64,000 bases of DNA from Octopus sinensis (Eukaryota). Position numbers and translations under genes: made by a program. This document shows, piece after piece, positions 14,140 through 25,530 of this stretch. Every line of letters starts with the position of its first letter. Positions within the stretch are counted from its first letter, which is position 1. The stretch spans positions 34,534,001 through 34,598,000 of the forward strand of contig NC_043003.1 of assembly GCF_006345805.1 (NCBI RefSeq), in the 5' to 3' direction. The notes beneath the pieces are model-generated. The model did no database searches, had not been told where the DNA came from, and worked only from the letters and a program-made list of their open reading frames with translations.

Positions 14140-14900
14140 GATGGCGGCGGCGGCGGCGGTGGTGGTAGTGGTAGTGGTAGTGGTAGTGGTATTGATGGAT
14201 GGAGATAGTGTCATTGGCAGTGGTGTTTTGCGATGTTCCTTACTGACTATGATGAAGATGATGCTGAAGATGTCGATAGAGATAATGATGGAGATGATGA
14301 TGATGGAGATAATGATGATGATGACGACGATGATGATGATGATGGTAGTAGTGGCAAGGATGGCAGTATCGGTGGTGGTGGTGGTGGTGGTGGTGTTGGT
14401 GGTGGTAGAAGTGGTGCTGGTAGCAGTGTTAGTGGGGGGGGGGTTGTTGGTTGCGTTGTTGCGGTGATAGTATTAAGAGTAGTCGCTATTGTTTGTGGTA
14501 GCAGTAACAATGGTGATGGTAATGCTTTTGTTTTTGTTGTTGTTGTTGGTGGCGGTGGCGGTGGTGGCGGTGGTGGTGGGGGGTGTATTGATGGGTGCAA
14601 GATGAGGTGATGGTGCTTGTGATTTGGATAACGTTGATAAAATTGATCACGATGAGAATGACAATGACGATGATAACAACAACGACGATGATGATGATGT
14701 TGATGATAATGATGTTGCTAAGGACTTCTGCGACGATCAAGCTAATGGTAATACTGATAAATGTGGTGTTAGCGACGGTGCTCTTGATGATATTGTTGTT
14801 GTTATTGTTGTTGTTGTTGTTGTTGTTGTTGATAGCGGTGGTGGTGGTGGTGGTGGTGTTGGTGATAGTGGTGGGTGTCGCAGAGGTGTGATGATAATCT
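14140..14900. repeat. Degenerate (GGT)/(GAT)/(GTT) low-complexity tract
   Basis: Direct reading of the sequence. It produces spurious poly-V/D/G/M ORFs in several frames. Confidence 0.9.
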
Positions 14901-15008
14901 AGGTGAAGTTGATAAGAGGAAACTGACTGACACCTTTGCTTTGTCTTTTGTACAGTACGCAGTTACCTCCTTCCACTGAACTTAAGGAGAAACAAACACT
15001 CACACACA

Positions 15009-15068
<60 letters not shown>

Positions 15069-15154
15069 ATACACACACTCATGCACGCGCGCACGAACGC
15101 ACAGATCCACATACGAAACACATACACACAACAAAACGCCAAACCATAACTCGC

Positions 15155-15208
<54 letters not shown>

Positions 15209-15627
15209 TACACACACACAAACTGAACACATAGGCACGCAAGTAAACAAACCATACAACACGAATAAAACCATCAACGTTAGCCCGCCTCGTTCCCCCA
15301 CCACTACAACTATAACTACTACTGTGGCTGCTGCTGCTGCTGCTACACCCATTTGGAAAATTAACGAAGACATTTAGGGAAGGGAAATTCGTAAAGAATT
15401 ATTTCATTATTGCATTTATCTAATTAATTACATTGTTCTTGCACTAGAATATATTTGGAGAATCATTGTTGTTGTTGCTTTTGTTTTTATTGCCGTTCTT
15501 ATGTTGTTGTTGTTGTTGTTGTTATTGTTGCTTTTAATGATGGTGATAAATATTGCTTTCCATCGTCATCATCATCCTCAAAGCAGTAGTAGTAGTAGTA
15601 GTAGTAATAGTAGTAGTAGTAGTAGTA

Positions 15628-15663
<36 letters not shown>

Positions 15664-15694
15664 TAATAATAATAATAATAATAACAATAATAAT

Positions 15695-15885
15695 AATAAT
15701 TTTCCTACTATAGTCAAAAGGCCGGAAATTTTTCGGAGCAGGGGTTTAGACGATTACATCGACTCCGAAAGGATGAAAGCGAAATCGTCCTCGGCCGAAT
15801 GTGAACTCAAAACGTAAAAAACAGAAGAAATGCTGCTAAGGCACTCTTGTCTGGTGTGCTAACGATTCAGCCAGCACGTTGCTTT
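15695..15885 (-). mobile_element. SINE family A, internally deleted copy
   Basis: Reverse complement of the head (gctaacgattc.gccagc) and body (ccgaaaggatgaaagc). Confidence 0.75.
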
Positions 15886-16064
15886 TGCAAGGTCAGCGCT
15901 AATAATAGCAATTTATACGCGACAAGAACCTAAAACGTTACGATGACTGTAGGTGCGTAAGACAAAAGTGAACAAAAAACTAGAAACAACAGCGAATTCA
16001 TATTGATTAAAAGGTGAATTCATATTGATCAATATGAACATTAGAGACGTTAATGAATAATAAC

Positions 16065-16425
16065 AATGATATTGGCTTCAAAGTTTGGCCCAAGACCAGC
16101 AAGTTTGCAGGGTACGGTATGTCGATTACATCGATCCCAGTATGTAACTAGTACTTATTTTATCGACTCCGAAAGGATGAAGAAAAAAATTCGACTTTGC
16201 CAGAATTTGAACTCAGAACGTAAAGAAGGAGGGAATGTCACTAAGCATTTTGTCCGGCGTTCTAATGAGTCTGCCAGCACGCCATCTTAAATAGCATCAA
16301 TAAATTTCAAATTTTGGTACAAGGCCAGCAATTTCGGGAGATGGAGTACATCGACCCTATTTCGCAAGTAGTAATTGTATTATCGATCTCAGAAGGGTGA
16401 AAGGTAAAGCCGGCCCCGGCGCAAT
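16065..16425 (-). mobile_element. Two adjacent degenerate SINE family A copies
   Basis: gattacatcga, gtacttattttatcgactccgaaaggatgaa and tttgaactcagaacgta motifs. Second partial copy at 16310-16425. Confidence 0.75.
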
Positions 16426-16869
16426 AACAATAATATTGAACAGTATGATCTCAGGAAAGGATCATCAAAACAAGGGCAGGGATCGAACACAAAGTGTTCC
16501 CATTCCTAATCTCGATTTATCCTGACACACAAAATGGAAGTACCTTCTTATATTTCATGCTGCAAGCGTTGTCACAGTGTTAGCGTAGCCTTATTTAACC
16601 ACAGCACTATTACCATTTCATCCACCTTTCTTAAAACTTTATTTGAGAGCAGCACTGCCAACCCAACTGTCACTCATTGTTCAAGTAGTAATTAAAAAAT
16701 GAAAAAGATGAAAATTGATATGAGCTTGTCATGTGAGGAAAGGCTCTGTTCTCTGACCGTTCGACTGCGTCCATTGCACAACTACATTTGCCATAGCTTC
16801 CACATAGGGAGAGAATATAAGTTCTTCGTTGCCGAAAGAATACATTGGTTGATCATCACGACAGATTCG

Positions 16870-18250
16870 GTTGAAAGCCAAATCAAGTCCACAAGTGATA
16901 ATATCTCTTCGACTTAAATCTAAGATCAGCAATGCACAGACACTAATTGAGTGCGTAACGGACGATTTTGAAATATTGCACGTATCTCAGAAAAATTCAG
17001 TTGATGACGACGCTATTATGATTACGCGCATAGCGATTATTCTGAACATACAAAAGCCGTCTGTAGCACTTCTAGGCCAGGAGCTTCAAAATTACCCCAA
17101 ATCTCCGAATCGGAAAGTTCTCTTGAAGGCACTACTCAAACTTTTCTTTCACACAACCACTTTCAGATTAATATCAAAGCAACCATCTGCAGTAAGATCA
17201 TGTAAGCGGAGTCTATACATTTTTTCTCTATCTTTGCCAAACTAAGCGAGTGGCAGGGTATCATGAACCGCAGCATACGAAGATCTGTTTGGTGTGGACG
17301 TTAGAAGTAGTTCGACATTATGACAAAACATGAAACGGAAAAACTCTTTTTTCGTCGTATATTTCATGTTACAAGAATTACAAAGAGGATATAGTACACT
17401 ACTGAGAAGATGTAAACGTTTCCACCCGATGTTTCTGCCCATTTTTCAGAGAAAGAGTCGCCACCAGGCAAGTGGCATCTCTAGTTTTCATCTATCTGGA
17501 GGTTTCGCATCTCAATCAGACCTTCGATGCAACAGACCTTCAACCAGACCTTTACCGTGTCTCATGGAATTGCCCGTCGAAATCCCGAATTGTGAGCCCA
17601 CCGACGTGTACCAGTCGATAAACGCTCTTGTTCCACTTGGTATTTGTCCAGGATGCTGCCAGTCACTCCGATTTGCAAAGTGAATGTCTCTTTGACATTG
17701 TTATTGTATTCGCTTGCAGACAGCTTTACTATGTAGTTCCAGTGGGAAGAGTCACAATATCCCAAAGCTCTACAACATAGGTTTTCAAAGTGGGTGCTAC
17801 CGCCCTCCCGGTGGGTGTTGAGACGGTCCAGGTGGGCGCTGGTGCCTAAGTGGGTGGTGGGGACAGGTAGAGAAAAAGGAGGCATTGGGAGGAAGGCAGT
17901 GGATTGGGAGACGCTATGAATTTATCATAATATTATTATAGTTTTGTGTACAAATTATATTATATAAATTTTGAATGATTCATAATATATATAAATTAGT
18001 AAAATATTAAATATTTATTTATACATAATAATAGGGATGGAGGCGCTGAGACAATTATGTGGCCCAAAATGTTTGAGGACCTCTGCTCTACAACAATGGG
18101 CCCAGCATCAAAACTGCAAAAGTATGAAGAAATAGCCATCTTTGACGGATCTAGCGCGCACTGCGAGACACTTGCGATTAATTTCCAGCGTCTTAAAACT
18201 TTAAGAGTCACAATAAACATTGCAAGACGCTCTAGATATTCCACCAATGG
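16870..18250 (+). pseudogene. Possible highly decayed hAT transposase remnant, interrupted by the MITE
   Basis: Frameshifted plus-strand fragments SLVFIYLEVSHLNQ, EESQYPKAL and IFDGSSAHCETL loosely resemble hAT motifs LAFLxDIxSHLNQ, YPxL and FGSTYxCEQ. The similarity is weak and judged by eye. Confidence 0.3.
17776..18085. mobile_element. Non-autonomous hAT (Charlie-like) MITE, 310 bp
   Basis: Imperfect TIRs cataggttttcaaa / tttgaggacctctg. Exact 8-bp TSD CTCTACAA at 17768-17775 and 18086-18093. An 8-bp TSD is diagnostic of hAT elements. Confidence 0.88.
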
Positions 18251-18269
18251 ACCATCCTAAAAATGAGAT

Positions 18270-18560
18270 TGTGCTTCAAATTTTAGGAGTGGAGATAGTC
18301 GATTACATCGACCTCAGTACTCAAGTGGTACTGTATATTATCGACCCCGAAAAGATGAAAGGCAATGTCGTCCTTGGTAGGGATTGAACTTAGATTGTAA
18401 ACAATCAGAGAAAATACTGCAAAGCATTTTCCTGAAGCTCTAACGATTTTACCACCACGCCAATAATAATCTTAATGGTTTCAAATTTTGACACAAGGCC
18501 AGCAATTTGTGGGGATGGGCTTAGTTGATTATATCGACCCAAGTTTCAGACGGATACTTT
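18270..18560 (-). mobile_element. Degenerate SINE family A copies
   Basis: gattacatcgacctcagtact and atcgaccccgaaaagatgaaaggcaa. Second tail fragment at 18475-18560. Confidence 0.7.
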
Positions 18561-19017
18561 ATGTTATCAACTCTTCAAAGATGAGAAGCAGCAACTCCTT
18601 TACCAACATCACACACACACCTCCTCCTCCTCCTCCTCCTCATCATCATCATCATCATTATCATCATGTTTGTCATTAACGTCCATAGTTTTCAAAGATT
18701 TGTGCAAGATTCATTTCTTTAGAAATCCGCCATATTTATCGTGTTTTTTTCTCCCCACCTCCGCTACTTATATTCGTTATATTCTCATAGGTGTTACTAT
18801 CGTTGTTCCTTTTTTTTTCGATTGATGTTCTCGTTGCCATTGTTGTCGTGGTTCTTGTTGATGATGCTTCTATTGATATTGTTGTTGTTGGTGGTGGTGC
18901 CGTTTCTCTTCATGTTGATAAGGCTGCTTCTTTTGATGTTGTTGTTGCTATGATTGATGTTATTGTGGCCATGATTGCTGTTGTTATTGTTTTTTTTTCG
19001 CTACTTCTATATTGTTA

Positions 19018-19245
19018 GTGATATTTTTGTAGCCCCAGGCCAACCCTGATTGAGCAGGCCTAAGATCAAAAGCATTCCAGCAATGACCATACCGTTGTTA
19101 TTGCTAGGTTTGAAGAACTCAAGAATGTATTATCCAACCTGTCCTTTAAAAAAAAATCCAAAACATAAAACAAAAGTAAAAGATGTTTGGAGGCGTTTGA
19201 AAGAGATTTGGCTGCTAATTTTAGCATCTCTAGCGGCCGCCCAGA
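19018..19245 (+). mobile_element. Dispersed repeat family D (probable retroposon)
   Basis: ccctgattgagcaggcc...gcattccagc.atgaccat...gagatttggctgcta. Related copies at ~1917-2150 (+), 24110-24250 (+), 3595-3830 (-), 58450-58650 (-) and 59410-59600 (-). Confidence 0.6.
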
Positions 19246-19931
19246 AGTTCCTTTGTTGGCTCATTGCTACTTTTATTCATTGTTGGAGTTGTTGTAATAA
19301 TAGTTGTTTTTGATGTTGCTATTGCAATTATTATTGCTGATTATAATTCTTGGCATTGCAAGTTGTTTACATGTATTGTTTCTGTAGATGGTAGCAACAG
19401 AAGTAGCTGAAATAGCAGTAATAACAACAATAGCAGTAGTAGTGGTAGTGGTTGTTTTTGTTGATGTTGTTATTGGTATTGAAGCCGTTGTTGTTGTTGT
19501 TGTTATTATTATTAGTAGTAATGCTCTTGTTGTTCTTCTTCTTTTTCTTCTAAGCTGAGAATTCTAATGGAAGAATTTCAATTCTAAAATACATCAAAGC
19601 TATTTTTGAATTTTTATTTTGTCATATTTAGCAAAAATTGATTCCCCCCCCCCCCGCCACATTTCACCGCCCAAAAATTATTATCCCTCTATCTGTGTTT
19701 CTCTGACTATATGTATCTCTGTCTTTCTTTTACCCTCTTTCATCTCTCTCTCTCTCTCTCTCTCACGGTCTCTTTATCTTCATCTTTTGTGTATATTTCT
19801 TTTTATTAAATTACATTTTCCACCATTTAGTTAATATATTCAAATACATCCTCCCCCCCTCTCTCTCTCTCTATATATATATATATACATATATACACAC
19901 ACACACACATATATATACATATACATATATA

Positions 19932-19984
<53 letters not shown>

Positions 19985-20628
19985 GCCCATCTGTCTGTTT
20001 ACGTGTTCATCTGTCTGGTTACCGCTTGTAGTCCGTCGCTTTCTCTTTCATTCTAATTATACATCTATGAAAATGTGTGTGTTTGCATCTGTGTGTGTGT
20101 ATGTGTGTGCGCATGTTTGTGTGTGTGTGTATGTGTGTATGCGCGCACGCGCGTGTCCATCTGACTGCATTTCTTCCTGTTTTACTGTTCCCTTCACTAC
20201 TCCTCATTTTCAAGATTTACTTTTTCTTATCAATTTCAAATGAGCAACCTTTTCTCTATGAACTTCTTTCATTTAAACAACCAGAGCTCATCTGCGCACA
20301 GTTTGTTTCCTGCTTTAAGAGTAACCCCACCACCCCACCCAATTTGATAAGTGTTACTGAGATAATTAGCCAGTTTCAATATTTTAGAATTTTCAAAACA
20401 TCGGGGATAACTAGGCCTATCTTAAGGTATGTAATGGTTTCCTTATTACGAGGATCATACTTCTTGATTTATAGAAGGATTATGTGGCGATAAATCATTC
20501 ATATAGAAAAGTTTTATAATATAAAGGGGGTAATTATCGAAATCGAATCATTAATATATTTACTAAACGTAGAACTATAAAAACCTTAATAAATCTCTGA
20601 ACGCTGTATAAACAGTAACTGCACGACA

Positions 20629-20794
20629 ATATGAGGTATATTTGCCATCTCAATACGGCTAACCGCTAAGGGTGGGTGTTACAGTAGCTTGTAGCCTATA
20701 GCCAGCTGGAGGAGATGTTCTCCTGGGGCTACAAGCTACAGTAACATCCACCCTTAACGGTTAGCCATATTCAGATGGCAAATATACCTCACAT
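20629..20794. mobile_element. Fold-back (MITE-like) element with ~68-bp inverted arms
   Basis: Left arm atatgaggtatatttgccatct...gtagcc matches the reverse complement of ggctacaagct...aatatacctcacat with about 6 mismatches. Confidence 0.7.
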
Positions 20795-21195
20795 TATGAA
20801 AACCTTGTTTTCCGTTATTCTTACGATACAGTGGGAAGCAAGAGGGCTAAAACGCAATATATAACTGATCAAGCTTAGATTGTTAAACGAAGCATTGCAA
20901 TTTAAATACAAATTTATGTACCGCAAAGTTACTCAGCCCCATTCTACCACTTACAATAAATAGACACTTGTCTACGTGATTGTTCGACTCGCAAGAAACC
21001 GCGGCCGAATCTTCCTCAGAACACATAAAGCTTTCATAAAAGCTGAAGGTGACAAGAGATAATGTAGTCTTAGATATCAACAGGCAGTTAGATTAGGATT
21101 TTTGTCCATAGATCTACTCAGTCAACACTAAAGTGTTGCAAAACGAGACGAAGGCAACGGCAACAGTAGGGGTAACAAGAACAACAAAAAACGCT

Positions 21196-21228
<33 letters not shown>

Positions 21229-21253
21229 ATAACAGCAACAATAACTACTACTG

Positions 21254-21290
<37 letters not shown>

Positions 21291-21303
21291 GACGACGACG
21301 ACA

Positions 21304-21337
<34 letters not shown>

Positions 21338-21388
21338 TCTGTCTGTCTGTCTGTCTGTTTGTATGCCTACCTGTCTATCAATCAATCA

Positions 21389-21434
<46 letters not shown>

Positions 21435-22507
21435 ACCTTATTTAATTAGCTGCATATATCTGTGTCGATCTCTTCCCCCAGTTGACCGACAAAGCTGAAG
21501 AAATATGGCTTACTAAGCATTGTCTGAGACGCTCAACCACATCCTCATCTGATTTACTGTTACAGTTCTACTGCATCATTTTTAGAAACCAGCCAATAGT
21601 CCTTTCCCTTCTGTCATTTGAGGGTTGGAACTGAAAAATCTTGATGTAAATATTTGTGAAATTTCAATTCCCATTAAAATATAACATTTTCTTATATAGT
21701 TCTCTGTGTGTATTTCTTTATATGTATCTTAGTAGGAATATATGTAGTTACATAGATCTATGTGTGTAAGTATTTATCACTGCATACCATCGTAAGTGCA
21801 CATGTGTTCAAGGGCATAAACCTGAAAATGTATGTATGCAAGCGTATATGCATATGTGAGTGTATGCGTAGGTGTGTGTATGTGTGCGTATGTGTGTGTT
21901 TGTTATACATATGTACGGGATTGGATATACGTTAACCACGCAGAACCTTATATATGGTTCTTACATTAATCTGTATTTTTATATATCACTTATGTTCCAT
22001 ATGTTTCACTCTACATTTTTGCACTCGTAACTTCATACACACAATTCTGTTTCGTTCCATTTTATTTCACCCTCTCTCTATGTCGTTCTCCTTGCTGCTT
22101 ATACACTCAGCAATCCGAATATCAAATAGTAAAGAGCTCCAATAGAGGAACAATGAGAAAAATCATGCTTAAGTCTAATTAAAAACTCGTCTATTTTATG
22201 CTTTTTGTTTTTGTCCCCCATATTGTTTTAAAAGCCGATTCCACCATACTCTAAATGTAGTCAGTAGGTCTGCCTCGATATCCTCCGGTGATGTGATCAT
22301 GTGACCTACGCTTAATGGCCTGTACACACACAAATACAGACATGCATATATATATACATATATACATACTCTTACTCTCAAGCACAGACGCACACAAACA
22401 TACATATATACATAAACAGATATATGACATATATAAGCATATATATATGTATATTAATATATGTAATATAAATGTATCATATACATATATATACATACAT
22501 ACATACG

Positions 22508-22574
<67 letters not shown>

Positions 22575-22714
22575 CGCTCATATATAAAATATATACATGT
22601 TTAGAAATATACGTATATGTATATATATATGTGTGTGTGTGTGTGTATGTGTATATATTTACATATATATGCATATACATAAAACAATATGTAAACATGT
22701 ATGCGTATATGATC

Positions 22715-22773
<59 letters not shown>

Positions 22774-22874
22774 CTCTATATATTTATATATATATATGTA
22801 TGTACATATATATGTATATATATGTGTCTATGTATATGTGTGTGTGTGTGTAAATGTGTAATTGTAAATGTGTG

Positions 22875-22968
22875 TTCGTTCCCCTTTTTGGCTTTATTCG
22901 ATATACACACACAGACACACACACACAGATATAGATATATGCCTATGTATATGGGTATGTGTATATAT

Positions 22969-23020
<52 letters not shown>

Positions 23021-23114
23021 ATATATACACATACCCATATACATAGGCATATATCTATATCTGTGTGTGTGTGTCTGTGTGTGTATATCGAATAAAGCCA
23101 AAAAGGGGAACGAA
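22875..23114. repeat. 240-bp palindrome centred on (AT)n
   Basis: ttcgttcccctttttggctttattcg...(AT)n...cgaataaagccaaaaaggggaacgaa. No mismatch seen between the arms. Confidence 0.95.
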
Positions 23115-23227
23115 GCGACTGAAAAGATATCTGACAGTTTTAATCTAAAAGCAGTTACAAAATGTAAGGGAAGAAACATTATATATAATAAAATAAAATC
23201 ATAATAGAACTTTCACGAGAAAGAAGA

Positions 23228-23277
<50 letters not shown>

Positions 23278-25271
23278 CATGGGTAGGAGAATAAGTTTCT
23301 CAAATCAATTTTTTTTAATCCCCCTATCAAACATGTTTTTGTGAGTGGTACTATTATCTAAACCAAAGTGGTTGGGATAAGAATTTGGCATGATTGAACA
23401 TCCTTATCTTATTCAAATACAACATACGTCACACAATGTCTGACTTTCTCCATCAAGGAAGGCAGCAGCTATCGATTTTCCTTCTGATTTATTTATTTTT
23501 TTTTTATTTCCTCTTTTCTTTTATTCATTTATTTTTTATGGCTATATAGAGCGGAGTCTTTAGACAAATAGGTCACAGCGCTTAAATATCGGCCAAGTAA
23601 TCACGGCTTGTTGATGCCGACTACAATAAGCCATAGACTTTAGATGTCGGTTGAACAGGACTTGCTTCAAGATTTTAGATATCATTTGAATTTAGCGCAT
23701 CTCCTCGATATTAGCTAACGAGAATGAATTTTATAGATATTATCCTGTGTAAGCACAGCTAGCCAGGGAAGATGAAAATATGAGTGTAATGAAAGTTTCT
23801 AAAGTGATACAGATCTAGAAAAGAAGGAAGGATTCAAAGAAATATTTAGGCTAGGGAACGAAGGCCAGGAGAAATTTGAATCGAGAAAATGATTAATTGT
23901 ACCGAATTGATCTAGTGTAAGTATTGCCATGTTCGAAGGTGTGAAGACAGTCATATTACTAGTGTTTGAGAACATACGAACACACTTAGCTAGAATGTTG
24001 TATCATGTTTGTTAATGAGATTTTGGCAACTGAGTGAAGACAGTTTGTAACGTATGTATATGTGATGAAAGACTAGTTGCAAGTAGGACTGTTCACATCA
24101 AAAACATTTTCAGCTCTGATGAAGCAGGCCTTAATCATGGCTTTCAAATGCGTTCCAGATGTGACCATCCTTACTTTTATTAACATAGCTTTCCCTTTTT
24201 TTTAAGATAGTAGGGTGTAATTTGACGGAAATGTCTTGCTTGCTAGAGTGAACATAAACTGTGTAGGTAGATTGCAATAGTTTACGGATAAGATGTATCT
24301 TAAATTTAGTACGTAAATATAAATAGACATTCGGGCTTTTTATTGTGCTCTTAGGTATGTTGTATTCGTACAAGTTCAAAGGTAATCAACCTGTCAGTTA
24401 AGAGGACAATACAAAGTGAATATATTAGTTAGACAGGAAGGTGCAATGCCATGATCATTGATATCTTCAGTGTTTGTGCGTATTTATGCATGAAACTAGG
24501 CAGTTGTGAATCTATTGGAGGATAACTTCGTTATTGTTGGAAAACCTAAAAGAGACAATGCATAATAAGTTGATGTGTTAAGCATGCATATAAATATCAA
24601 GGCGCCCATTCTGTGTGAAATATTATTGCAAAAATGGGATTAATATCATGTTTCATAAATTTTTATTAATTAAAATTTTTAGATTGCCTCCTTTGCTTTA
24701 ACCAGAATTATCATTAAGCTAACTATTGTTACTCTTTACCACTCGTTTAAGATTAATTAAATGAAAAAATATTGGCTCACTAAGTTCCCTATGCTGTTAT
24801 TGGCCTTATAATTTTCATATAGAAAGGCAACTATGTGCATAATTTGGGATTTTGAGTTAGTGTTATAATTTACTTAAGAATGTATGGGTATATAAATATA
24901 TTATATATATACTTGTGTGAATGAGTGTGTGTTGTATGTGTGTGTGTGTTGTGTATGTGAATGTGCGTGTGTTTGTATGACTAAGTTTTAAGTTACTGAG
25001 AGAGTGTCAGTGATGTTTAGAAGCGGAAGAGACAATGAAATAATCTAATCTTGAAATATAACTCAAATATGACAGAACTTTATTGAGCTGCGTTGAAAAG
25101 ATGGAACAGTGTTGTAGGAAACTCCCGATCTTGGAGATGGAACGTGAACGTTGCTAGAAGATAACTGGCAACAGGGTTGTCTAAACTCTTCTTGGCCCTG
25201 AGGCAGCAACCATGCTTTCGGTGAAATTCTTTTCGAATCCCCTCTCTGGTGTTTTTTCGGATTTATTTATT

Positions 25272-25273
25272 TA

Positions 25274-25356
<83 letters not shown>

Positions 25357-25376
25357 TATCATCATCATCATCATCA

Positions 25377-25424
<48 letters not shown>

Positions 25425-25474
25425 TATTATTATCATTATTTTTATTATTATTATTATGATTATTATTATTATTA

Positions 25475-25514
<40 letters not shown>

Positions 25515-25530
25515 GTTATTATTATTATTT
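25272..25530. repeat. (AAT)n-(CAT)n-(ATT)n compound microsatellite
   Basis: Direct reading of the sequence. Confidence 0.95.

Noticed and set aside
13078-14902. Long poly-L/P/T and poly-D/G/V ORFs as a disordered protein exon
   Set aside because: Low-complexity trinucleotide tracts open in several frames on both strands, with no consistent splice sites or conserved motif.
16019-16038. 20-bp perfect palindrome ttcatattgatcaatatgaa
   Set aside because: Short and AT-rich, and it arises from a local duplication of gaattcatattgat. No further context.
20883-21080. ORF with AAVSCESNN, reminiscent of NOL4 ASACESES
   Set aside because: The flanking residues do not align with the conserved NOL4 block, and there are no supporting splice sites.
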